Origin: Seison nebaliae
Taxonomy: Eukaryota
DNA length: 52,451 nucleotides
Direction: 5' to 3'
Assembly: GCA_023231475.1 (NCBI GenBank)
Contig: JALJEE010000150.1
Coordinates: 1-52,451 of the forward strand
The position numbers were made by a program, and so were the translations under genes. A model generated the notes under the pieces. The model worked only from the letters and a program-made list of their open reading frames with translations. It was not told the DNA's origin and did not search any database. Each line of letters opens with the position of its first letter. The first letter of the stretch is position 1. Below, in pieces: positions 38,901 through 50,242 of this stretch.

Positions 38901-41321
38901 GAGATATCATCATTCCCATTGTCATCGGCGTCATGATTAGCGGAGTCGTCAGATACTTGACGTTTTTTGATAAATGTGTGGAAAATAGAACCAATAAACA
39001 TTTTCATGAATTAATTATGTTGACGTCAGTTTATGGATATGTTACATGTAAATATCAGCAACATCCACCATCATTTCAATAAGATTGTGTGAAAGAATTA
39101 AGTGGAAAGTCGTCGAAAAGAAATTAATTCAGTCTTCTTTTTTGTCAGAATGATCTGGGATTAAATTTCACCACTATCCGACACCCATCCCCAAATGTTA
39201 TGATCGAACGAATCAATACAAATGTTCCTATGTAAGTTTATCGTGGTAAACGGATACCGTCATATTACATTATGGACATCATATCGAAACAACTATCCGG
39301 AAGATAAGACTTACATCCAATCAATCATTATCTAACGGATTAACTAGAGACTTAGTTGCGACTCGGTCTTTCTTCGTCAGAACAAGAAAATACCAGAATT
39401 ATTTCCATCATCCAAAAGAATGAAATGTTGAATAATGTTGAGATGAAGAGAAAGAGAGAGAATTGAATCATAATTGAAAATTCATCAGAATTTTGAAAAT
39501 AACTCGAGAAATTTTTCCCTAATAATCTCCTTTCTTTGTTTGGCGGTTATATTCATTTCCTTCACATAGTTTCATGGATGTACATCACTAACCTCACTAT
39601 GATGTGAGTGTACTTCATATGTTCTTTTTTGTATTTCAACTGCGTTCACGAATGAAATGATTAAGATATGCGCGATTCCTGTACCTTCTCTTCTCTTCCC
39701 TTTCCCTTCTCATCTCCGGTTCAGACGACCGGAAGGAAACTCTCTTTCCTTTCAATTCCTTTCCTCCATCAGGTTTCAATTTCATTATAATCTCTTCGCG
39801 CTGTATGGGCAAACTGTGGATAGCAAACGGACCGGAACAAGGAAATGAAAAGAGATAAATTTATTCATTTTTATACAAATGGAATGACCAGTAAAAATAA
39901 ATTGGTTGAGCGAGGAAGACGGAATTTCCTTTACTTACAATTTCTTTCCTTTTCGTTCGTCGTGTGAAACTTCTCACCTTATTCGCAGATGTATTGCGGT
40001 TGTAGAATTCTCATTCTCACCAACTATAATACGAGTCGTCGTTGTATTATGAAACTGATTTAACAATTCAAATTTGAACTACTTCCACAAATCGATAAAA
40101 GTGATAAATATCGATTATTTTCTTTGTAATAATCAAAACTTTATTTTCTCACAAAACATCTAGTTCAAATTGGTAGGAATACGAAGAACTGTCTCAAACT
40201 ACAAAATGCATTTGATTAGCAATCATTTCGATAGAAAAGAACATTAAAGAGAAAAATTTTCACGTTATTCAGCAAATATTTTATTTGTCAATTTTATGTT
40301 CAAGAACAATACAATAACCTTCGAATTAAACCGACTACATATTTGATAAAAACATTAGAACGTAATTAACGAATTAGCAGTTCAAATGCAAATCACTCCC
40401 TTCATTTATTCTTCTTTCAACAACATATGACTCAATTATAATTCTTCAACTGTAGTTTTATCGAAAGTATTCAAATGTCGGAAGTTGTTGAAAATATAAA
40501 AAATCTATTTACCATAAATTGAATAATTCTTTTATTTTCTCATTTTCACTTCGACTGTGCAAATTATTGAACAAATAGTAGAAATGATGGAACCAAACTG
40601 AAAAGTACTGACTTAATTAAACTTAAGATATTGAAACTTAGAGTTAGAAAATAAAAAAATTTCTCTCTAATATAAAAAATAAAACTCAATAAATTAAAAA
40701 AATTATTGAAAAAAAGAAATAAAATAATTCGCTAATTTATCGTTGAAAATAAGAAATACAATTTCGAACACCAAAAAGTTGTTGCAAATATAAATAGAAC
40801 TCAGTTTTGTCCTAGAAACAATGCAAGAAACTGTCATCATGTCACCAATTCTTCAAATCATTTCCTCTACGTTATTTCTTATTATTGAAGATTTGAAAGT
40901 CAGTCCCTTTTAGGTGAACTTCTAAGGAGAATTAGTAATTCTTATAGAGTCTATAAGAATTACTATTATAAGTCTATAATATAATAGTCTATAATATTGA
41001 CTATAAGAATAAGATATAGAGTTTATAATATAGAAGGATTAAATACTGATGATAATCGATAACATTTTTTTCTTCTTTTTTTATGTCCAATTTTTATGAA
41101 TTTTATGAGAAATTTTTAGTTCAATTCCATTCTGTTATAATTTTGATTAAAAATTCATCGGTAAAATGAGAAAATTAAAAAAAAGAATTTTTTCAAAAAA
41201 TAATAATTTTTAAGCATTTCTGTTGTAGTGCAAATTGTGTGTTGGAAGAATAATATATGAAGTTGAAATCGTAGCTTTAAATGGAATTTTGAAATAATTT
41301 TAAATATCGAAACGATTGAAA

Positions 41322-44300
41322 ATGGATCACGGAGCGACGGATATGTTAAATTTGTTATCGAATTTGCTGGATTGTCAATCAAGCGAATTGGTGGATGTTC
41401 TCCAACGTTTAAAGACGAAGATGAATGAAAATAATTTGAATATCCTTCTGGAGAATGTCGTGAAAGCGATGGCGACTAAAATGAGGAGTTTGTTATTGGT
41501 TCGTAAGAATCCCGAGATGTTCACTGGCGATATCTGTCAAAAGATGATAGCGATGCAGGTTTCAATTTGGGAGCGAGATCTCAATTATCGGCGAATCAAA
41601 CCGGAATTCTATTCCGAATATTTCTATTCGTTTATGATTTTCACCAATATGATGGTGAGTGAATTGTCTCCCTTGTCTTTCAAGAAGATTTATTTAGAAG
41701 AATATCTTCTTCTCTTACATCACTTTTGGAGACGAGTTGATGAATTTGAATTTCATATTCGAATCGATTCCGAACAAAGTTGTCTGTTCATTTATCAGAT
41801 GTTGGCATATATCTGTAATTTCCATCCAACTATCGTACCGGAAGTGACAGAGAAATATAGAAATCAATTGTGCGAAACGTTGAATGAGAAATCGAATAAA
41901 ATTTATTTATTGACAATGATTCGACAAATGATGAAATGGTTAAATTCCTCCACCGAATGGAACAGTTTATTGGCAGGAACTTTCGCCTCTGTCATTTGTT
42001 GTTTCCATCAAACGATTAATGAAAAAGTCAAATTGGAATGTATAAAATGTTTCTGTTATTTCTTCTCAAAAATTCCCACAGATAAAACGAATATCGATCA
42101 CGAATGGTCAGTAGATGGATGGAGGAGTAGTTGTGATACTTCACTTCTCGTCATCGAAAATTATTTGACTGTCAATATTTTAAATGAAATTCCTGTGAAA
42201 TTGGTGAGAGATGAATTATCTGGTAAATTGTTATCTGGTGCTGCCTATTTAGTTTTCGTAACGAACAATTGTTCGATTATGTCACGTTTCTTGCAAATTA
42301 TTATGTTGACGAAATTGAACGAGAATGATCGGAAAAAATTAGAGAAAGAGAAGACGAATAAAAAATTTTTTGATATTTATACCAGTCATGTGAAGAAGAT
42401 AATGAATGAAATAGAAAAATATATCATTTCTATTAAAGAGATAATTTATTCAAATTTTGCGGACGAATTATTAGTGAGATTGTGCAAATTAGAAGGAGTG
42501 CTTTATTTGATGACGTTGGATTCTGATGAAATATTCGAAATAAATTTCAAATCAATTCAAGAAATTATCGTGAAGAATTTCATTTATTTCTTGTTTCGTA
42601 TGTCGGAGATTGAGAACGATCAACAAATCATTTCATTCATCAATCGCAATATCGATGAGACGAGAAACGACGAATTATTCGAAGAATATTCGGATGGAAA
42701 TGAAAATCGATGGATTGAAATGAATTTGAGAATTTTTAGTAAATTCCGTAAGAGAGTTGTCATGAAAGTTCGCGAAATGTTCCTGATGATTTTGGAGAAA
42801 ATGTCGGGAGATATGTTTCGTGAATTATTCGATGGAATTGCGGAACATTCGATGATTTATGGTCAATTGAATAAATCTCATAATTTAACGGAAGATGGAA
42901 TGAAATATTTGTTATTGAATTGGATGATGGAATTTGAAATGAAACGTTTAGAAACATATGAGAATGGAAAATTACGATTATCATTAGAACAATTATCGAT
43001 GATTGGCAATAATCTAATGGCGATAATAAATGATACACATCTTCCGTTTATGCAGATTAATCGTGAAAAGATTCATCTCGTCTTTAATGGAACACTCATT
43101 CAAGAGACGACATTACATGAATTGGAAAGACGAACGACATCAATTCTTCATCTTTATTTTCATGGAATGTATTTGATTGAGAAACTGATAAATTTGGAAC
43201 GTGAAATGGAAATCGATAAATCGAACGATGTTCAATTATTATATGGATTGTTGAATTTGAGTGAAATGAATGTTTATAATGGTCTCGTTTTCATCTCAAT
43301 TTGTCAACCACTCATTCAACAATCAGCCATGACATATTTATATGAATTGATGAAAATCCATCAATCTGATATGGATAATGTGAAGAATCATGGTTTCAAA
43401 TTGATGACTTTTATTTGTAGTTATTCCAATCCCATCGCTAATCATTCACAACGATTTTTGAGAAGTCTACAAATGTATTTGATCAACGAATGGAATTGTA
43501 GAAATGATGATGATGAAATTCCGGAAAATTATATCAAATGGAAACAGTTATCGAAAGAATCAAACGCCATTCGAAGTCTCTTCTCCATGAGATCGTTATC
43601 ATTATTATTGATTAATTATACGAGTTGTGTCATTAAATTTAATTCATCGCATGAGAAACAAAATGAAAAATTGAATGAGATCATCATTTCCATCAATACA
43701 ATCATTAATTCTGTTGTAGAATTATTATCAGATATCTTCTCATTAAAATATCATTCAATACTCATTACTCAATCCATCGACACAATTGCGTATTGTGTAC
43801 GAGCTATATCGATTTATCATGAATTTTGGAAAAATTCAAAAAATGATCAACAACCATCAAACGATGATCCAGTTATCGAAGAGGTTAATGACGAAAATCC
43901 AGATAATCAAAAGGTTCAAGATACTGAAAAATTGATGAATGATTTTATTGAATCATTAGTGATAGAAGTGAGAGAATATTCGAAAGAAAAGAATTCAGTT
44001 ACGAAAATTGAGACGAAAGAAAATTTGGATGAAAAAGATTTCAAGACAATTGAAAATTCCGAACCAAATCCTATTGATAAAGATGAAATAGTTCCACTTC
44101 ATTTATGTGTGATTGAAACGATTTTGAAATTTACGGGTAATATCGTCAACGAATTGAGTACGAGAGATAAATTGAAATTTTTGAGAATTGCAAAAAAATC
44201 AATTCCATTATTAGGAGAATATACCGATCTTATATATCCTTATTCTCATTGTCTCTGGGAGTCGTTAATATCGAAATTATCCATTAATTATTCACAAGTG

Positions 44301-44840
44301 AATTCAACTCAAACTAATTCATTGGCAGCTGCTAAAGTGCAGAATCTGTTAATAATGAAATCAGTTAATGAGAATGAAATCATCAAATTAGATGAGAATA
44401 CCAATCAACCGGAAACGGTAGTTCGTCAAACATTTGATGTGTTGTGTACGTTGGTGGAATCAGCAGGTGGATTTATGGAATCGAAATTATTCGATAAAAG
44501 AATTGGTCTTCCTTCTTTAATGAAATGGATGGTGGATAGTTCGTTCCATTCACTAAATGTCACTGATGACGGTTGTTATCGATATACATCGACATTTAAA
44601 TTACAATTGAAAATTCTTCAAAAACTTCCATCACTTCTCACTAACATGTGTGAAAGACGTGAGTCTCATATCAAAGCATCGAGATTAACAGATAATAAAA
44701 TTTGTTGTATATTGAAAGGAATTGTTCTTTATTTGAATAATAAACAACCGATAGAATTCCAGTTTGCGGCTGGTGAAATAATCAAATTTTTATCTGCACA
44801 GAAATATGATTTAGCAATTTTTTATCAGTTTATTTTATGA
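41322..44840 (+). CDS. TTI1: TELO2-interacting protein 1 (TTT complex), intronless HEAT-repeat ORF
   Basis: C-terminal motifs YPYSHCLWESLISKL, FDVLCTLVESAGGFM, YRYTSTFKLQLKILQKL and LYLNNKQPIEFQFAA match TTI1 as I recall it; size ~1,170 aa. Confidence 0.8.
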   Translation: MDHGATDMLNLLSNLLDCQSSELVDVLQRLKTKMNENNLNILLENVVKAMATKMRSLLLVRKNPEMFTGDICQKMIAMQVSIWERDLNYRRIKPEFYSEYFYSFMIFTNMMVSELSPLSFKKIYLEEYLLLLHHFWRRVDEFEFHIRIDSEQSCLFIYQMLAYICNFHPTIVPEVTEKYRNQLCETLNEKSNKIYLLTMIRQMMKWLNSSTEWNSLLAGTFASVICCFHQTINEKVKLECIKCFCYFFSKIPTDKTNIDHEWSVDGWRSSCDTSLLVIENYLTVNILNEIPVKLVRDELSGKLLSGAAYLVFVTNNCSIMSRFLQIIMLTKLNENDRKKLEKEKTNKKFFDIYTSHVKKIMNEIEKYIISIKEIIYSNFADELLVRLCKLEGVLYLMTLDSDEIFEINFKSIQEIIVKNFIYFLFRMSEIENDQQIISFINRNIDETRNDELFEEYSDGNENRWIEMNLRIFSKFRKRVVMKVREMFLMILEKMSGDMFRELFDGIAEHSMIYGQLNKSHNLTEDGMKYLLLNWMMEFEMKRLETYENGKLRLSLEQLSMIGNNLMAIINDTHLPFMQINREKIHLVFNGTLIQETTLHELERRTTSILHLYFHGMYLIEKLINLEREMEIDKSNDVQLLYGLLNLSEMNVYNGLVFISICQPLIQQSAMTYLYELMKIHQSDMDNVKNHGFKLMTFICSYSNPIANHSQRFLRSLQMYLINEWNCRNDDDEIPENYIKWKQLSKESNAIRSLFSMRSLSLLLINYTSCVIKFNSSHEKQNEKLNEIIISINTIINSVVELLSDIFSLKYHSILITQSIDTIAYCVRAISIYHEFWKNSKNDQQPSNDDPVIEEVNDENPDNQKVQDTEKLMNDFIESLVIEVREYSKEKNSVTKIETKENLDEKDFKTIENSEPNPIDKDEIVPLHLCVIETILKFTGNIVNELSTRDKLKFLRIAKKSIPLLGEYTDLIYPYSHCLWESLISKLSINYSQVNSTQTNSLAAAKVQNLLIMKSVNENEIIKLDENTNQPETVVRQTFDVLCTLVESAGGFMESKLFDKRIGLPSLMKWMVDSSFHSLNVTDDGCYRYTSTFKLQLKILQKLPSLLTNMCERRESHIKASRLTDNKICCILKGIVLYLNNKQPIEFQFAAGEIIKFLSAQKYDLAIFYQFIL

Positions 44841-44898
44841 ACATAATAAATAAATTAAGTTTTTCATTTCTTTTCGTAGAATTCTCATTTTTCAGAAA

Positions 44899-45594
44899 AT
44901 GCCATTACCACCCAAATTAGCGAATAGATTGAAAGTTCGTGGAATTCTTCCCAACGATCCTCCTTCTCTTCCCACTGATTATGAAGAGGAGATCATTGCT
45001 GAAGATTATACTTCAAATAAACCAACTCCGAATAATCCGGATAATGTTCCTTATCTTCTCATGCTTCCTAAATGTCCAAATGCTCAAATTCATGAATGTA
45101 CATCTAATTGTGCAGTGCAATGGAGTATGTTCAAATTTCAGCCGAAAGAAACTGTCTCGAAAATCCAACAATTATATCGGATAAAATATCCACTGACAGA
45201 TGATTGGCGTGAAGTGCCTGATCCGAAAACATCTCGAATATTTTATTGGAATATAAATGATAATAAAGTGTCGTGGTTGCCACCGGCACATCCAAAACAT
45301 GTGACTATCACTCCTCCATCAAAAAGTTTATTCGTTTTGTCATTCATGGAATCCGATCCTACTTATAAAAACGATAAGAATCATCTTGATGACATTCATC
45401 GAAATAAAATGAGTCGTATATCAATTAATTTCAATACGAACTACAAACCGAATACTACGTCAATCATCAAGAAAGAAGATGAGCAACCGAAGAGAAAAGT
45501 TCGAGAGAAACGGCCACAAGTCGATCCTCTCGATCCATCTTCATATTCCGACATTCCCATAGGTACATGGGAATCTGGATTGAATAAATTTTAA
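44899..45594 (+). CDS. PQBP1: Polyglutamine-binding protein 1
   Basis: MPLPPKLANRLKVRGIL, EEIIAEDY, WW domain (PLTDDWREVPDP..FYWN..VSWLPP), DPLDPSSYSDIPIGTW. Confidence 0.92.
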   Translation: MPLPPKLANRLKVRGILPNDPPSLPTDYEEEIIAEDYTSNKPTPNNPDNVPYLLMLPKCPNAQIHECTSNCAVQWSMFKFQPKETVSKIQQLYRIKYPLTDDWREVPDPKTSRIFYWNINDNKVSWLPPAHPKHVTITPPSKSLFVLSFMESDPTYKNDKNHLDDIHRNKMSRISINFNTNYKPNTTSIIKKEDEQPKRKVREKRPQVDPLDPSSYSDIPIGTWESGLNKF

Positions 45595-46312
45595 TTAATC
45601 AACTTTTATAATTTACAATATAATATAATTAATATAAATAGAAATAACCTCACAAATTCCTCGTGTAAATTATCTTGTAAACACGCATAAAATTTATTTT
45701 GATGGAGGAAAGTTGTTAATAAATTAAAACAGAAAATGATAAATTAACGGAGAAATATTATTATGAAATTTGTAATTACTGAAATTGTAATTTTAAAAAC
45801 AGAAATCAACCGCGATTGGACCATCGCGATGGTCATTTGATTGGAAATGTGAATCGGAAAATAATCGGATAGAAAATATTTCCCCGTATTCTTTTAACAC
45901 AATGATCGGGGGAGTCACAATTGGAAAAATTGACAAAAATAGAATTCTTCATAAATTCTCAAGTGATATTAATCAATTATAAACGATTCAAATATAAGGT
46001 AGAATTTTCAGTCATTAGTCAGATCTGCAATTCCAACAATCGTTTGTCATATAGGTTAAAAAATATACATCTCAAGAAAGGTCAATGAGCATATAAAATA
46101 GATTCTGCGAAAATTTGATGGATGAAGATTACTGACAAGGTGAGAGTATTGATGTGCTCTACCATCGACGTTTGCTTGTTGAATAAATAAATGAAATTGA
46201 AAGAATAATCGGCGAGAAGTAAATGTAGATATGTAGAAATATCGCGGTGGTTTTCTTGGTTTTCTCCTCGGTTTTTCTGTTGTCATTACATTTTCTTTTC
46301 AACTTTTCAAGA

Positions 46313-49300
46313 TTATTTTTTCTCTTTATGATGAAATTTCAATATTTTGATAAAAACCAGATAAAACAATTCGAATATGGTAAAGATACTACCACCAATA
46401 CATATGCCTAACGATCCACCAATTTGACCTAAAACGGTTTCAACATAAGAAACGACTTAAAGAGGAAAAGTATTAAAATAAACTTAAGGTGGTTGACAAA
46501 GATATGCCCTTCTTCTGGCTGTAGTTTTCAATTAGATGATCATCGAAATAAATTTTCAATTTGGTTGTCGATACACTTAAAATTAAAAAAAAAAGTTTTT
46601 ACATTTTACAACACAAGATGTTACTTGAAATTTAAGGGATTCAGACACTGTTTATTATAATTAGAAGAATTGCCAAATTCGTTAATACCGTTTATTAAAC
46701 TCCATTTAGTATCATATTCATCACAATGTGAATATCTTGTTTTGAACTTTAATGAGTTTGGTGTATCTGATATAATCATTTTTTGAAACATCAGAAAATC
46801 ACATTCCTGTACGCAATATGGGCAATATTGTTGTATTCTCCATTGAAAAATTTCTAAGATTCCGTTATTGGTCAGAAATGCAAAAAATAAAACCGGTTGC
46901 CAAAAACGTACAATAAAGACTCCCCAGTTTGGCACAAAATTTAGTCTCAGTTCGATTAACTAGAAATAAATAATAACATTATTATTTATTAGAACCTTTA
47001 AGGAATAAAGGCGAACCTTCATCATGATATATTTTACATTTACATTGTTTTATTATAAAAAGATAGTAACATTCTTGAATACATTGTGCTCTAGAATATT
47101 TGCCTTTAATGTTGTACTTTTTTTTGAATTCGGTTGTTGGTTCGAAACAATTCCCCCAATTATCTGTGTTTAATAAAGATTGCTAAAATAATTAAACATT
47201 ATAATGCTAAACCAGATTTGTATATTGTGAAAAAAACCTTTCTACCTTGAATCATTAACGAAATAGATCTACCGTTGAAAATATACATCTGAGGATCGGC
47301 AATTTTAGGTTTTTGTCCATTCTCGTTCACAGTTAGACTAAGTTTAGTTCCCTTTTGGTGATCAGATTTTGAAGGATACGAATAAGTGTTAATGAGAATC
47401 TACTTAATAATAATATTGTTGTTGTTTCAATGGAAATGTAACCTCCAAAGTAGTAGCTTGGCCAACTGTCGTAAATTGGTTGCAATTGCCTTCTTCTGTT
47501 AAGAAATTGGATAATTCCTACAATAAACTTATGAATGTTGGTCCTTTGAAACTTCTAATCATAACTTCCTTCTTACATTTCCGATCATCGAATTTACAAC
47601 TAAGAATGTTCGAACTAGCTTTTGTAGAATATACCTTTCTCAAGTTGTATTGACCTGTAATATAAAATTAGTTAAATCCAACAGAATATTACTTACAATG
47701 GAATTCGATTATATTCATTAATGGTGCATACTTGCATGCGTCAATTGTCTCATAAAAAATCTCCAAAGAATTAAGCTAATGTCTAAATTTGACTAACAGG
47801 AAACAAAATTGAAAATAAAAAAAACTAAAATACATTAAAAATAATATTGATCATGATAACATTTTTATTTTTCTGCCAAACAGTTCAATTAGTTTCTATA
47901 GTCTTCTATATCTTAACAGTGAAAAACTCGTAAATTACGTATCAATGGAATAATGGTGATATATCAATAGAGCGTTCAGGTTTACGATCTTAGAGTTACC
48001 ACCTTTTCCACTGTTGCTAAATTAGCAATGCTAATATCGAGGTATTGCACACTTATTACCAATATCAGTAATTCACCATTCGCAGAGAGGGTTTATAATA
48101 ATGAATGCATTTTCCAACAGGATAATGCATCTTTGGCAGGATCGGTGTAAACACTAATTGAACTATTTGGCAAAAAATAAAAATCCTATCCTGATCAGTA
48201 TTATTTTTAACGTGTTTTAGTTTTTTTCTTCAATTTTGTTTCTATCAGATACTTCCCTTGTTAGCCGAAGTATTGCACCAGGTTTTAGGCTTTTTTGTAC
48301 TCTGTGTGGAGATGCAGGTACGCATTTTCTATATGCAATTCTGTACGAAAAATTATATAATATATACAAAATCGTATATAATATTTACATAATATGGTCT
48401 ATATTTAAGTTCATTTTTCCACGACACTTGATTTTTTGGAGACAATTGACGAATGCAAGTATGTACCATTCCCTTTTCAATGAAATTATTAGATTAATGA
48501 AAATATGGTGATATAGATGTTCTACTGTCCATACGACATATTGTCCTACTTTGAACAAGTGAAGAAATATCTCGATCGTTCTGTTTTCCTATTGCTTATC
48601 GTTCTGTTTTTTGCCAAAATAGAACGATAAGTGTATGTATAGAAAGCGAAAAGGACACTCTGAATTTTTCCCCTTCTAAAATCAAATCATTTTTTTCTTA
48701 TAACTTGTTTTCATCTTTGGTTTAATACCAATAGCCCATGACCATGTCTGATAATAATATCGTAATAGCAGATTAGTCGTCAAATAAAGTGACCCTATAA
48801 GATTGCTCTTTAAAACGGGTACAACTTTCCTTTCCAGTTCTTGTACTTCCAAATAAACCATGTCATAGAAAGAAGTTCTCATCACCTTTTGAAGTGAGGT
48901 GAACCACCTTGTAAATTGGTAAATCATATGATATTCTTCTGGTAAATATGGATCACTCTTCCAACTCCATAAATTGATTTTTTCAATTTCTGCCCGAAGG
49001 TATGAAAGAAGTAAAACTTTTGTTGACCTCTCATCTAGACAGTCTCCGGTGAACAATAAATATAAATAAGTGTTAAAATCTTCTCAAATCAAATTAATCA
49101 CAGCCAAGTTCCAAAAATTTTAACTTTTTTCTTCGGAGCCAAAAGAACAATGAAAATAATTTTCCAGAACTATTTTGTTAATCGGAACATTTTCAATTTC
49201 TTCTATATTTATATTAATAATCATTTGTGCAATCGTTAGAATAGTATAATTTTGGAACAACAACTTCTTTTTCATACTTAGTGTCCAATCATTTTCTCGG

Positions 49301-49854
49301 TGATAGATATTTAGAAATATCAATAAAATCATAAGATCTTTAAATTCAACCCCGGTCCACCGATTATAATCACGCAATTTGGTTAAAGAACTGTCAAAAT
49401 AATCTAACAATTTTTCTTTATTTTCCCATTCTGGATAATTATTACTCTCACCCTCAAAATTGACGCAAATTAATAAGTTATGAAATTGTTTGATTTCTGC
49501 TGAACAATTAAATTGCATTGCATATTTTATTCGACTGAATAAAATCCAGTCGTTATCAATTTTACTAAATTGAAAAATAAACAATCAAAAAGAATTAAAA
49601 AATAACTTTGGTTTAGGTAAACAAATAGTAACTGAAGGAATAGATGTTTTTTTGGATGAGAAAAGCATGTCTTGTTCAATTGGTTTATTCGTAAAATTAA
49701 TTGTATTATGTACTATCAAATATGTGAAAAATCCGAATGAAATTATGCAAATTATAATCCAATAAATTCTCGTCCATTTTTTTTTTGCTTCGAAAACAAA
49801 CTTCACTCCGTGTAAAGAAGTTTGTTGGATAAAATGCTCTACAATATTGTTCAT
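46313..49854 (-). CDS. DEG/ENaC channel subunit B, multi-exon
   Basis: QTSLHG motif, IPSVTIC, CKFDDRKC..TEEGNC, YSRAQCIQEC..CKC, CPYCVQEC, TM2 LSQIGGSLGICIGGSIFTIFELF. The frame stays open if 47655-48704 is one phase-1 intron. Confidence 0.85.
47720..48470. mobile_element. Degenerate Tc1/mariner-derived foldback element inside the ENaC-B intron
   Basis: Two nested inverted-repeat pairs (47720-47761 / 48430-48470 and 47800-47893 / 48153-48242). The central + strand fragment 48028-48150 reads ..RYCTLI..PFAERVYNNECIFQQDNAS, the Tc1-type FQQDNA transposase motif. Confidence 0.75.
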
Positions 49855-50242
49855 GGTATACTAAATTTGTGCCAGTATTATAAGTCCAATAAATTGTCTA
49901 TTTGCGAATTATATTTTTTATCATACTATTCGGCAGTATTATGAAACATCAAATGTTTAAAATACGAAGTTCGTGAGATTTTCTTTTTGAAAAAAAAAAT
50001 CAATTCTGCTTAATATCGGTAGACAGAGTAATTAATAAATGTGCGCACGAACTATCACAGAAATTAATTGGAAAATATTTTGCAAAGATTATGTTTATAT
50101 TTTTCTTACATCTTTCGATACCTTCCAAATTTGAAAGGAATGACGAATAAACTAGGAAATAAAAATAAATATTCGACTGGAAAACCTTTTGAAAAAAAAA
50201 ATTTTTTTTACATTAATATCGATTTTTACATTTGGTCTCACA

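Noticed and set aside
40026..40050. T7-promoter-like TAATACGAGTC
   Set aside because: Only a partial match with no vector context; likely chance.
46056..46286. 76-aa minus-strand ORF MTTEKPRRKP..
   Set aside because: No recognisable motif or consistent exon structure; it lies just downstream of the ENaC-B stop.
47100..47130. Suspected frameshift in an ENaC-B poly-A run
   Set aside because: Recounting gives 8 A, which keeps the frame (FKKKYNIKGKYSRAQC).
782..49854. Alternative genetic code or widespread pseudogenisation suggested by fragmented ORFs
   Set aside because: The breaks are explained by 40-57 nt GT-AG introns that restore conserved motifs under the standard code.
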